A stretch of DNA of 63,747 nucleotides, filler included. It is 10 parts of 10 records of this genome, joined end to end, with 100 filler letters (N's around TTAATTAATTAA, not from the genome) between each part and the next. Parts side by side here need not be neighbours in the genome. Positions count along the whole stretch, not along the records: positions 1 to 5,370 come from SRR31147125_85020; positions 5,471 to 10,523 come from SRR31147125_85069; 8 more parts are not named here. The stretch is one strand, 5' to 3'. This document shows positions 1-10,623 of this stretch, one piece after another. Each line of letters starts with the position of its first letter. Position 1 is the stretch's first letter. Below the pieces are notes generated by a model. That model was not told where the DNA came from and made no database searches. It was given only the letters and a program-made list of their open reading frames with translations. Both the position numbers and the translations under genes were made by a program.

Positions 1-25
1 ATAATTTCTCTGCGTCAGCTGAATC

Positions 26-934
26 TTAGTTGTTCAGTTCATTGATGCTGAGACCGGATGCCTGAAGTACCTGACGGAACGGATCGTAGAAAGTATCGTC
101 ATGTTCTTCGAGAGCATTCCACTGGTATGCGGTATTAAGAGCAGCAGCTCCTTCTTCGGTTGCAGCAATTTTCAGCAGGGCTGCCACGATGGTTTCCCTG
201 AGATCCTGCGGCATTGAAGGGATAAACTGAACACCGTCGTTGGGGATATCCGCGGTAACAGCTATTACCACTACATCGTCCATTACGTTCGGGTAGTCAT
301 CTTCAACTCTGGTTCTTGCATCTACGTAAGTTGCACCAGCATCAACATCGCCGTTGAGTACAGCAGCTACTACTGCATCATGGCTTCCTGCATCTACAAC
401 ACCCTTAAGGTCTGTTTCAGGATTCACACCGGCAGCACGCATGGTAAGCATGGGGATAATCCAGCCGCTGGTTGAAAGCGGGTCAGGGCGTGCAAATGTA
501 AAACCAGCAAGGTCAGCCGGTGAGCTGATGCCGCTGTCTTTTCTAGCGATCAGCTGTCCATTGTAGGTAGGACTTCCATAGCGTACGGATACCAGAGCGG
601 CATCTGCAACACCACGGTCTGCAGCCAGTACATATGCGAATGTAGCCAGAGATGCCATGTGAGCTTCCGCAGGCACACTGGACATTGCTTCGATAACTCC
701 GGCATACTCGGTAGCTACGTTGGTGTCAAAGTAGAGACCGGTTTCTGCTGTGAGCAGATCGGCTACTTCCTGAGCACCTGAGGCAACACGTTCCATCTCA
801 CCTGATGGTACGAATGACCATACGATCGGGTTCTCTTCCGAACCCAGGGGTGCTTCCTCCGAACCGGCAGCGAACAAAGGTCCTGCCAGCAGCACTAAAC
901 CAATTGCGATAAACAGTAAGACAAGTTTTTTCAC
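26..934 (-). CDS. phnD: Phosphate/phosphite/phosphonate ABC transporter substrate-binding protein (PhnD family)
   Basis: Signal peptide (KKLVLLFIAIGLVLLAGPLFA); PhnD-family motifs YAGVIEAM, DPLSTSGW, GSHDAVVAAVLNGDVDAGA, IPNDG. GTG start at 934 chosen from the AGGAGG RBS at 942-947 (ORF track starts at 967). Confidence 0.8.
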   Translation of the reverse strand: MKKLVLLFIAIGLVLLAGPLFAAGSEEAPLGSEENPIVWSFVPSGEMERVASGAQEVADLLTAETGLYFDTNVATEYAGVIEAMSSVPAEAHMASLATFAYVLAADRGVADAALVSVRYGSPTYNGQLIARKDSGISSPADLAGFTFARPDPLSTSGWIIPMLTMRAAGVNPETDLKGVVDAGSHDAVVAAVLNGDVDAGATYVDARTRVEDDYPNVMDDVVVIAVTADIPNDGVQFIPSMPQDLRETIVAALLKIAATEEGAAALNTAYQWNALEEHDDTFYDPFRQVLQASGLSINELNN

Positions 935-1033
935 GTTCATTCCTCCTAGAAAAAAACTTACATACAAAACTCCGCGAACGGAGTTTTCCGTGCGGGCCTG
1001 CTCGAAAACAGTTCGAACAGTAACCCAAAGTTC

Positions 1034-1062
1034 ATTATAACCCCCGTTACAGAGACAGGCAA
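1034..1062 (-). promoter_or_regulatory. Sigma70-type promoter upstream of the phnD-like gene
   Basis: Minus strand TTGCCT-N17-TATAAT, about 100 nt upstream of the start codon. Confidence 0.6.
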
Positions 1063-1117
1063 CAAGTTTAGCGGAAAGAGATGATTTTTGATTCTGTTAA
1101 TGCGTATTTTTCAGTAG

Positions 1118-1144
1118 CGGTGCCATACAAAATACACAGCACCG
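1118..1144 (-). terminator. Hairpin downstream of the UroD-family gene
   Basis: CGGTGC...GCACCG stem, extended by G-U pairs on the minus strand, 20 nt after the stop. No clear U tract. Confidence 0.35.
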
Positions 1145-1164
1145 ATTCATATGGAAGCAGCTGT

Positions 1165-2538
1165 TTACAGCAGAGCACGCAGGGCTTCAACCAGCTCGTC
1201 AGTTCCCGGTATGATCGACGGGTACTTCATTTCACCGTTGATATAGATACTGGGAAGACAGGCAACCTGCATTTTCTGCATATGTGCTATATCCTGAGGA
1301 TTATTGTAGCGATATTCAACCATAGCTACCTCATCACCCAGAATGTCCATAGCAGATTTTGCCGCGGCCAGCATATAGGTACATGCGGCACATGCAATCG
1401 GGTCCAGCAGAAATACTTCCATCAGCGGTTTATCCAGATTTTTGTAATCCGGCAGATTCACCTCGATATCGGAAAAGGTCGTCCCGGCATGGTCCCCAAC
1501 TACTTTTCTCATGGCTTCCCGATCAATTACAGCCTGTGATACTGCCACTGCATTCTGCGGTGGTGTATCATACGGCATATCACAGCCCGGTGCGATGATC
1601 AGATTTCTGGTAACTGACAACCCGGCAGCTTCAATTTCATCCATCAGGTCAACGGTATATTTCATATTGTCCTGCTGATTTCCGAACAGCATAATTGTCG
1701 TAAGCGGAATATTGCCTCCCAGGACAACATTGTACTTATCGGTAATTTTCTTAGCCTGTACCATGTTGACGTTTTCATCCACCGCAATCGCGTCCGGGCC
1801 GCACTGGCACATGATATCGACATTATGAATGGCGTTTCCGCATACGAATAATGAGCTGTAGGCACCTTTTTCCCTGATATAGTCAAATAATTCACTGTAG
1901 GGCTTCAGGAAATAGGCAGCGAAATGTTTTGGTGAGATTTGTGACATGAGCGGGTCAACTGGTACTATGACATCCATGCCCTCTTCGATGTAGAAATCGA
2001 CCATTCTGCAGGCAACTTTGGTGGTATATTCCAGCAGGGCATGCATGTATTCCGGTTTTTTCACCATGTTCATGAATATTTTCGTTCCACGCAGGTGTGA
2101 TGCCAGGGTAAATGGTCCACAGAACAGACCATATAAGGCTGTTGTATCCCCTACCTCTTTACGAAATCGGCGCATGACATCCCATACCATGGGAAGGCGG
2201 CCTTCATCTTTGCCCGGCAGATGGGTTGGGATTTCATCGGTACCTTTCAGCGGGTGGGAGACAACTGAGGGCAGATTGTTCTCTACCCACTTCAAATTGC
2301 AGCCCAGGATTTCCGCTTCCAGCTGGAGATCGAACATAACGGTCTGTCCGTCCGGATTATAGAGTTTATTCACTTCCAGAATCGATTCTAGCAGTTTATC
2401 CGGGTCCTGCAGCACTTCAATGGCGTTATACCCTTTTGTCTTACCGGCATGGATTCCGGCGTAGGGTACCCATGGCGGACGCTCCACCTCTTCATGCCTC
2501 AATACCTGTAAAACCAGCTCTTTTCCACCAGTTGCCAT
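1165..2538 (-). CDS. Uroporphyrinogen decarboxylase / MtaA-CmuA methyltransferase family protein with C-terminal thioredoxin-like CxxC domain
   Basis: N-terminal RPPWVP, GPFTLASHLRG, GNIP and IIAPGCD motifs of the URO-D/MtaA barrel; C-terminal ~100 aa with CAAC and LPSIYING. Confidence 0.8.
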   Translation of the reverse strand: MATGGKELVLQVLRHEEVERPPWVPYAGIHAGKTKGYNAIEVLQDPDKLLESILEVNKLYNPDGQTVMFDLQLEAEILGCNLKWVENNLPSVVSHPLKGTDEIPTHLPGKDEGRLPMVWDVMRRFRKEVGDTTALYGLFCGPFTLASHLRGTKIFMNMVKKPEYMHALLEYTTKVACRMVDFYIEEGMDVIVPVDPLMSQISPKHFAAYFLKPYSELFDYIREKGAYSSLFVCGNAIHNVDIMCQCGPDAIAVDENVNMVQAKKITDKYNVVLGGNIPLTTIMLFGNQQDNMKYTVDLMDEIEAAGLSVTRNLIIAPGCDMPYDTPPQNAVAVSQAVIDREAMRKVVGDHAGTTFSDIEVNLPDYKNLDKPLMEVFLLDPIACAACTYMLAAAKSAMDILGDEVAMVEYRYNNPQDIAHMQKMQVACLPSIYINGEMKYPSIIPGTDELVEALRALL

Positions 2539-2596
2539 ATCTTCTCCTTCAGTTATCGTCTATTTATCGCCAAATGATCGTAAAAACACGGGAATT

Positions 2597-5370
2597 CTAT
2601 ATTGTGCCAAGCTCTTTCAGTATCTTTTCCGGGGTAATCGGCCATTCACGAATCCAGACACCAACAGCATCATGTACCGCGTTCACTATCGATGGAGCAG
2701 CACCATTCACACTGATTTCCGATACCGATTTGGCACCGAATGGACCAAAAGGATCGTTGGTCTCTACCAGTTTCACCTTGAACTCACCCGGCAGGTCTCC
2801 AATCATGGGGACGCCGTAGTTTCGCAAGTCGGGATTCATACAGGTACCGTTTTCATCCAGAATAAGCTCTTCATACAACGTATGTCCGATCGATTTCAGT
2901 ACCCCGCCGTATACCTGACCTTCGGCCAATTCGGGATTGACAGGAGTTCCGCAGTCCTGCAGCGCGAAATATTTCTGTACCGTTATTGCACCGGTTTTTC
3001 TGTTCACCGCTACCTGCGCGAAATGGGCTCCATACGGGAATGATGCATCTTCGGAGGTGAACGAAGCCTGCCCAACCAGCTGGCCGCCGCCTTCTCCACC
3101 GATTGATGCCAAGGCGATAGCCCGAAAATCAACCTCGCCTTTTTTGCCGACAACGCGTTCATCACAGACAATTTTAAGATCTTCCAGCGGTTCATCCAGC
3201 ATTTCGGCACCAACTGCCAGAATTTTCTTTTTCAGTTCTTCGGCGGCATTTTTTACCGCTCCACCGGAAAAGTAGGTTCCGCTGGAGGCGAAAGCTCCGG
3301 AATCATAGGGAGTATTGTCGGTATCGCCGGAGAGAATCGCAACCCGGTTGGTCTGCATGCAGAGAACTTCCGCTGCCATTTTTACACAGATGGTATCCAG
3401 TCCTGTTCCCAGGTCGGCACCACCGGTATGAATCATGATGGATCCATCGGTCTGCAGTTTTACATCTGCATTGGATTGGTCTATACCCGGCAGGCCCGAT
3501 CCCTGCTGCACCAGCGCGACGCCTTTTCCAATTGCCACGTCGGGATCATCAGAAACCTCTTTTCTGCCCCAGGAGACCATTTCGGCACCCTCTTTGAGGG
3601 CCGGTCCAAGACCGCAGCTTGAGACTTCAGCAGCGACACCTTCCCTGCCCTCACCAAGACATTTCAGGATCTCCAGCATGGTACCTTCCCCGATCCTGTT
3701 TTTCTGAACCAGGTCCAGGGCATCCATGTTGAGTTTCTCAGCCAGTTCGGCTACAGCGGTCTGCAGGGCAAAGTTGGCCTTGGGAGCGCCATATCCCTGG
3801 TAGGCTCCGGTCGGAAGAATATTGGAATAGAATACATTTACATCGAATTTAATGTTATCGCAGACATAGAGCGGCAGCGATTTTGAACAGCCGTTCATGG
3901 GGACAGTCAGGCAGTGGTTGCCGTACGGTCCGGTATTTGCCTTCAGGTCCATGTACATGGCCGTGAATGTGCCATCTCTCTTTGCGCCCAGTTTTACACG
4001 GATTTTCATCGGAAACCTGGTTACACTGCAGGTAAAATCCTCTTCTCTTGTGTAGTGAAAATAGACCGGCCGTCCGGTAATCCAGGTGGCATAGGCGCAG
4101 ACCTCTTCGAGCAGGATTTCCTGCTTTGAACCATATCCTCCGCCGACCCGCTCTTTGATTACCCGTACATTGCTTTCGCTGATGCCGATAACACGGGCTA
4201 CAATTCTGCGCACGTGCCAGGGAACCTGCGTTGAGGCATGAATTACTAGTCTGTCGCCCTCCATCCTGCTGTAGACAACATGTGTTTCACAGGGCGTACA
4301 CTGCACCTGAGATGTACGATAGGTTCGTTCCAGTACAACATCGGCCTCTTCAAATCCCTTTTCAATATCCCCGATGCTGCCCGATACGCTGGCGGCTTTA
4401 TTGCTGTGAGGATCGGCCCCAATCGGGAACTGAATCTCTATTCTGCCGTCTCTGGGGTCAGCACCGGCGTTTTTCTCATCCAGATCGTCGGGAGCGCCAA
4501 CTACATAGGATACTTTAGCGTTATGAACAACCGGTGCCCCTTCAGCTTCCGCTTCTTCAATGGTAAAGATCGGAGGAAGCACATCGTAAGCAACTTCGAT
4601 CAGATCCAATGCCGCAACGGCAATTTCTTCGGTTTCCGCCACAACTGCCGCTACTCTGTCCCCAACATGAAACAGTTTCTGCGCAAACATTCTGCGATCA
4701 TAGGGAGATGGCTCGGGAAACCCCTGTCCGGCCGGTGTATAGTAGACATCCGGTACATTCTTATAGGTCAGTACCGCAACCACACCGGGAAGAGTTTCAG
4801 CTTCTGCGGTATCGATTGTTTTGATATAGGCATGAGCGTGCGGGCTGTGCAGCATTTTCAGGATACAGCTGCCGGGTTCCACCATGTCTTCCACGAATGC
4901 CTTCTCGCCTTTGACCAGTTTCTGACCATCAACCTTTCTATGGGCTTTTCCGACATATCGCAGGTCTTCCCTGAATTCATCGGATACGGCCTGGGTATAG
5001 GTCGGGTCATTTTTGCGCTCTTTGGCAATCTTCACGGCGGTAAAAAACTGCTGATATCCGGTCGCGCGGTTATAGAGAGATGAGAGCGCGTCTTTTATAT
5101 CATCCTGAGACGGATCCGGTAGGCGTTCAAGCAGATTATGCACGATGAGGGCAGCCGCGGGTGAATTGTATCCTGACTGCACTACCCCGGCATCTACCAG
5201 GGCGGACTGCACATAATTCATGCCGGGACCACGGTTCATCGATTCAATGGTTTCTATTGTATGTCCATCGGCCTGCGCCGCCACCATCAGCGAGGCGTTT
5301 ACTGTTCTGCCGTCAAATATGACGGTATCGCTGCCGGAGAAGCCAAACTGATCGTCGCTGTTGCGGACCG
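2597..5370 (-). CDS. xdhD: XdhD/YgfN-type molybdopterin oxidoreductase (degenerate Fe-S domain fused to Mo-binding subunit), 5' truncated
   Basis: Frame stays open to the contig edge (VRNSDDQFGFSGSDTVIFDGRTVNASLMVAAQ). GVVQSGYN, STQVPWH, GGGYGSKQ, AYQGYGAP, GADLGTG and GAKSVSEI closely follow E. coli XdhD as recalled. Confidence 0.85.
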
Positions 5371-5470
5371 NNNNNNNNNNNNNNNNNNNNNNNNNNNNNN
5401 NNNNNNNNNNNNNNTTAATTAATTAANNNNNNNNNNNNNNNNNNNNNNNNNNNNNNNNNNNNNNNNNNNN
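5371..5470. other. Artificial contig spacer (N44-TTAATTAATTAA-N44)
   Basis: The same 100-nt spacer recurs at 10524-10623, 15987-16086, 23771-23870, 31909-32008, 38109-38208, 45106-45205, 51352-51451 and 58381-58480. The core gives stops in all six frames. Confidence 0.97.
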
Positions 5471-6315
5471 CCAAGAAGCGGATTGGCACTCAGACCTGAG
5501 AAGGCATCAGACCCGCCACACTTCAAACCGATCTTCAACCTGCTAACAGGTGTAGGCTCAGGCTTGAAGCCTGCAGCATAACCAGCAAGATCAGCAAGAA
5601 TATTCTTTGCTTCCTCTTCTTCATCCTCGACATCCTGAGTAATCAGAAAACGAACTCTCTGAGAATCATAATCACCTAGTACTTCCTTGAAATCAGCAAC
5701 CTGATTATTCTCACATCCAAGCCCGAGCACAAGTACTCCACCAGCATTAGGATGAGCTACCAGACCTGCAAGAACTTCCTTTGTCCGCTCATGGTCACCA
5801 CCAAGCTGAGAACAGCCGTATGGATGCTCAAACGCATAACACCCATCCACACCATTGACAGCAAGTGCAGCATTTACCTCACTAGCAATCTTCCTTGCAG
5901 AAGCATTGACACAGCCGACAGTCGGAATTATCCAGAGTTCATTGCGAATTCCAACGCTACCATCTTTTCTATGATAACCAGCAAAAGTTTTTTCAGCCAG
6001 CTCACTGTAAACATCCTGATGAGGCGGTACAAGTACAGGCTTCTCTGTAAAGTCACCACTCAGAGCAGTCCCTACATTATGATCATGCACATGCTCTCCA
6101 ACAACAATATCATCTTTTGCAAGACCAATGCGAAAGCCGTACTTGGTAATATCTGAACCTTTACTGATATCTGTAAGGGCAAATTTATGCCCTGCCAGAA
6201 TATTGCTCTTCAAAACAATTCTCTCTCCATCGACTTCAGTAAAGTCTCCAGCCTGCAGCTCTACAATTGCCACAGCTACATTGTCCTGAGCATGAACTTT
6301 GATAACATTATTCAT
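5471..6315 (-). CDS. uxaA: Altronate dehydratase (UxaA), 3' truncated
   Basis: SAF domain DNVAVA...GHKFAL...KYG; GIRNELWIIPTVGCVN, HPYGCSQLG, GLGCENN, GLKCGGSD. ATG at 6315 after a GAGG RBS. Confidence 0.92.
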
Positions 6316-6400
6316 TTTTATAACCTCTATATTTAAATATACACTGTAATACAGCAGATAAACAGAAACAACATCTTCTGCAGACAGCATTGATTACATC

Positions 6401-7903
6401 CTACTGATTTAGCTCTTTTACAGCTTCTCGAGAACCGTTGGCATTGATACTATCGAGACCAGCCTTGACAGCTTCTGTAAGTCCAGCAAGCTGATTGAGG
6501 TCTTCTTCCCAAAAATCAGTATTCCCAAGAACCTTGAGAACGATCTTTTCAGTATTGTCTGACTGATAAACATCTTCAAAGAAATCAACAACCGAGTCGC
6601 TGTCATTGATTCTATATTCATTACCATTGACCTGACCACAAAATTCACCAGAAGCATTCTTCGTACCATTATAAAACGCAATCAATGCAGCAAGAGAAAA
6701 TGCCAGACGAGCCGGAGTAGCATTCTTAATTTCAATATACTTCTTGAGTGACGGAAGAACACGCACCTTCCATTTAGCTACAGAATTCAGCGATATTGAC
6801 AGCAGCTCATGCTTGACAAAAGGATTGGAAAAACGCTCAAGAATAGCCTCTGCATAACTCCTCTTCTCATCTTCTGGCAAGTCAAGTACAGGAACAATCT
6901 CTTCCAGCATCATATTCTTGAGAAAAGCAGAATAATCCGCATCAGCAAGCATTTCACCGACAGTAACAAGTCCACCCAGATGCGCCCCAAGTACGTTACC
7001 AGTATGCGCTCCGTTGAGTATCGCAACTTTACGGGTACGATATGGCTGCATATCATTGGTGAAGATTACATTCAACCCTGCTTTATCCAGCGGTAGCTTT
7101 GCCTGAACTTTTTCATCAGCACCTTCAACAACGAGCAGATGAAAGATTTCTCCCGTATCAACAAGGTTATCCTTATAGCCAAGCTCAGCAGTTATCTCTT
7201 CTATCTTATCACGTGGATACCCAGGAACAATCCTGTCTACAAGAGTACTGAGAAAACTATTGCTCTCATTGATCCATTCAGCAAACCCACTCTCAAGCTG
7301 CCATAGTTCTGCATACTTGAGGATACACTCCTTGAGTGCTGTGCCGTTATAATTAATCAACTCGCACGGCATGATAATCATACCTTTATCTGCAGCACCT
7401 GAGAATACTGAATAACGTTTATACATCCAAGCAGTAAGCTTGGCTGGGAAGGTATTCGGACACTCCCCTTCGACAAGTTCTTCCTCTTTAAACTCAATAC
7501 CTGCTTCAGTGGTATTTGAAACAATAAGTTCCATATCAGGATTTGCTGCAGTCTGCAGATACTTCTCCCACTCTGTATATGGGTTGAGTCCTCTTGCAAC
7601 AGAGGTAATAACTCTTCTGTTATCAACAACTTCGCCCTTCTCAATCCCCTGCAGCAGGAGGGTATACAACCCATCCTGTTTATCCAGCATATCAACAAGC
7701 CCTGTAGGTAGCGGCTGCACAACCACGACTCTACCACCAAACATTGACTTCTCATTGAGAATATCCAGCATCCAGTCTACAAATGCCCGCAGAAAATTAC
7801 CTTCACCAAACTGCAAAACCTTTTCAGGCAGAGCAGCGAAATCACCAGAGTTATGCTCGACCTTAATGCCGGCTCCTACCAGTGAATTATTTAACAGTTC
7901 CAT
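6401..7903 (-). CDS. uxaB: Tagaturonate reductase (altronate oxidoreductase)
   Basis: LQFGEGNFLRAFVDW, SNTTEAGI, PCELI, VDRIVPGYP, KVAILNGAHT, RFSNPF. Confidence 0.93.
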   Translation of the reverse strand: MELLNNSLVGAGIKVEHNSGDFAALPEKVLQFGEGNFLRAFVDWMLDILNEKSMFGGRVVVVQPLPTGLVDMLDKQDGLYTLLLQGIEKGEVVDNRRVITSVARGLNPYTEWEKYLQTAANPDMELIVSNTTEAGIEFKEEELVEGECPNTFPAKLTAWMYKRYSVFSGAADKGMIIMPCELINYNGTALKECILKYAELWQLESGFAEWINESNSFLSTLVDRIVPGYPRDKIEEITAELGYKDNLVDTGEIFHLLVVEGADEKVQAKLPLDKAGLNVIFTNDMQPYRTRKVAILNGAHTGNVLGAHLGGLVTVGEMLADADYSAFLKNMMLEEIVPVLDLPEDEKRSYAEAILERFSNPFVKHELLSISLNSVAKWKVRVLPSLKKYIEIKNATPARLAFSLAALIAFYNGTKNASGEFCGQVNGNEYRINDSDSVVDFFEDVYQSDNTEKIVLKVLGNTDFWEEDLNQLAGLTEAVKAGLDSINANGSREAVKELNQ

Positions 7904-7989
7904 TTATTTTATCTCCAACTCAATCAATATATAATTTATTCACCCGAGATTTTATAACAAAGACACATACTCAGGGTTTATCAGTATCC

Positions 7990-9021
7990 CTAGAGGTCAA
8001 GCGAAACAATAATCTTACTTACCTTTGCCGGATCATCAGACCATTCCTGCAATGCTTTTCCTGTATCAACTAGTGACACTTCTTTGGTGATAAGCTTTTT
8101 AACAGGGATATTGCCATCTCTGATTGTTGCCAACACTTCCACAAAGTCTTCAAAATCAGCATTACGCGCCCCACGAATTTGCAGTTCTTTCATCACAAAG
8201 AATTTTGTAGTAAAGTCAACCGGACTGCTGGCATACCCAACATAAACAACCCTGCCTGCAAATGAGACCAGATCAACAGCCTTCTTATATGTCTCAACCA
8301 GACCGATAGCTTCAATACATACTCGCGCTCCATGACCACCGGTTATCTCCATAACCTTTTCTTCAAGATCTTCCTTCATGGAGTTGACAGTAAACTCAGC
8401 ACCACATTCCTTAGCAAGCCCAATCTTTGCATCATCAATATCGACAGCAATTACTCGACCGCCCTTACGTGCCGCTCCGGCGATAGCACCGAGACCAACA
8501 AGTCCGCAACCGAATGACAGAACAAAGTCACCTTCTTCAATTTCACCACGCTTTGCTGCATGGAAACCAACGGCAAGCGGCTCAACCATAGCGATCTCAG
8601 AAAACTCAAGATCACTCACCCCATTAATAATCTTCTGGTAAGGGACAGCTTTATACTCACACAAAGCCCCATCCTGCTGCACACCATAAGTCTGGTTATC
8701 TTTACAGGCATTTGTTCTGCCGATAATACAGGATGCGCATTTACCACAGTTTGTATAAGGCAGCACAGAGACTTTGTCACCTATGACATACTTACTGCTA
8801 TCAACATCCGCCCCTAGCTCAACAATCTCAGCTGCAACTTCATGCCCAGGGATTCTCGGATAACTCACCATAGGGTTCTTACCTCTGAAGGTATTGAGGT
8901 CACTTCCGCACAACCCGATTCTTTTAATACGAACCAAGACTTCACCAGCTTTAAGCTCTGGCTTTGCCAGTTCTTCGCTGTATTCACATTTAAAAGGTTC
9001 AGTAATATATACAGTCTTCAT
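7990..9021 (-). CDS. Zn-dependent MDR dehydrogenase, probably L-galactonate 5-dehydrogenase (LgoD/YjjN-like)
   Basis: GLCGSD, PRIPGHE, CGKCASC..GRTNAC structural Zn site, GCGLVG nucleotide-binding motif. Specificity inferred from position directly upstream of uxaB-uxaA. Confidence 0.75.
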   Translation of the reverse strand: MKTVYITEPFKCEYSEELAKPELKAGEVLVRIKRIGLCGSDLNTFRGKNPMVSYPRIPGHEVAAEIVELGADVDSSKYVIGDKVSVLPYTNCGKCASCIIGRTNACKDNQTYGVQQDGALCEYKAVPYQKIINGVSDLEFSEIAMVEPLAVGFHAAKRGEIEEGDFVLSFGCGLVGLGAIAGAARKGGRVIAVDIDDAKIGLAKECGAEFTVNSMKEDLEEKVMEITGGHGARVCIEAIGLVETYKKAVDLVSFAGRVVYVGYASSPVDFTTKFFVMKELQIRGARNADFEDFVEVLATIRDGNIPVKKLITKEVSLVDTGKALQEWSDDPAKVSKIIVSLDL

Positions 9022-9076
9022 TTTCTCTCCAAAATAATTTTAATATTTAGTAATTTATACATCCGGTGCAGAATTA

Positions 9077-10369
9077 TTAATTAGCACCATAAATCAGATT
9101 CGGCAGGAAGAGCGAAATCTGCGGGATAAAGGTAACCATGATCAGTGATACAAACAGCATCAGCCAGAAAGGAATAATCTCTCGGATAAAATCTTTTACC
9201 GGCACTCCGATAATTGTACAGGTTGTAAACATGACTGTACCGAGTGGTGGTGTAAGTGTACCGATAGCACCATTAAGAATAAAGACAATTCCGAAATGTA
9301 CAAGGTCAATCCCCATCGCATCTGCAGCAGCAACCATTAGTGGAGAGACAACAATCAAAATCGCATTACCTTCAATAAACATACCGGCAATAATCAACAC
9401 CACATTTACAGCAGCAAGAAAGAGCCATTTGCTGTCAAATGTGGATGAGATAAACGCCGAGCAGTTCTGCGGCAGCTGCTCCCAAGTCAAGAATTTCGAG
9501 AAGCCGTAAGAGACAGCAATAATAAAGAGCACATTTGCCGAAGCCAATACAGACTCCACAATACCTCTATAAATAGTAGTCGCATTGAGTTTGCGGTAGA
9601 AGAAAATACCGATAATCAATGAGAATAGTACAGCAATTGCACCAGCTTCTGTCGGAGTAAAGACACCAAAACGAATACCGATGATGATAATAACAGGGAG
9701 AGTAAAAGCAACAAGTGCATCACGTATACCGATAACGACCTCTTTAGTAGATGCTCTCTTCTCTCTCTCAGGCATATAGCCACGTTTTTTTGCAATACGG
9801 TCAACCAGTATCATCATCATAATACACATCATAACACCCGGTACTACACCAGCAAGAAAGAGTCTGCCGATAGAGACGTTATTGATATACCCAAAGATAA
9901 TAAGTGCAATCCCCGGTGGGATGATCGGAGTAATAAGTGATGAAGCAGCAGTCACGGCTGCAGAGAAACTTTTTGAATAACCTTTCTCCAGCATGAACGG
10001 CACTACAAGCTTTGAGTTCATCGCAGCATCAGCAATATTTGAACCAGACAAGCCACCCATCAGAGTGCTGAGCACGACATTTACCTGCGCCAGACCACCA
10101 CGCATGTGACCAGTTAGAATACCACTGAAATTCAAGAGGCGGGTACTGATACCGGAATGGTTCATAAATATACCAGCCATAATAAAGAAAGGTATTGCCA
10201 GAAGTGCATACGAGCTGAGTCCCTCACCGATTCTCTGCACAACCATCATAAGCGGCAGGTATGAGAACCAGACAAAGTAAGTGAGAGTACTGAGAAAGAT
10301 TGATATCCCTACAGGAATCTCAAGAACCAGCAGCACAAAAAGCAATATAATCGGAACAGCAACATTCAT
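9077..10369 (-). CDS. dctM: TRAP transporter large permease (DctM)
   Basis: LLAIPFFIMAG, GGLAQVNV, SGSNIADAA, IIPPGI, FTPTEAGA, TPPLG; about 12 hydrophobic segments. Confidence 0.92.
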   Translation of the reverse strand: MNVAVPIILLFVLLVLEIPVGISIFLSTLTYFVWFSYLPLMMVVQRIGEGLSSYALLAIPFFIMAGIFMNHSGISTRLLNFSGILTGHMRGGLAQVNVVLSTLMGGLSGSNIADAAMNSKLVVPFMLEKGYSKSFSAAVTAASSLITPIIPPGIALIIFGYINNVSIGRLFLAGVVPGVMMCIMMMILVDRIAKKRGYMPEREKRASTKEVVIGIRDALVAFTLPVIIIIGIRFGVFTPTEAGAIAVLFSLIIGIFFYRKLNATTIYRGIVESVLASANVLFIIAVSYGFSKFLTWEQLPQNCSAFISSTFDSKWLFLAAVNVVLIIAGMFIEGNAILIVVSPLMVAAADAMGIDLVHFGIVFILNGAIGTLTPPLGTVMFTTCTIIGVPVKDFIREIIPFWLMLFVSLIMVTFIPQISLFLPNLIYGAN

Positions 10370-10623
10370 TTTATATACCTTTTAATAAGTAATCAGTCAG
10401 GACTGAAAATTTTCCATTAATTTTTAAAGTAACAGCCATACCCCTGCACAACATTTGCATATGCCATGCGAATATCAAAGATACAGACCGCTATAGAATT
10501 CATGCCAGTTTGATAACACAAAANNNNNNNNNNNNNNNNNNNNNNNNNNNNNNNNNNNNNNNNNNNNTTAATTAATTAANNNNNNNNNNNNNNNNNNNNN
10601 NNNNNNNNNNNNNNNNNNNNNNN

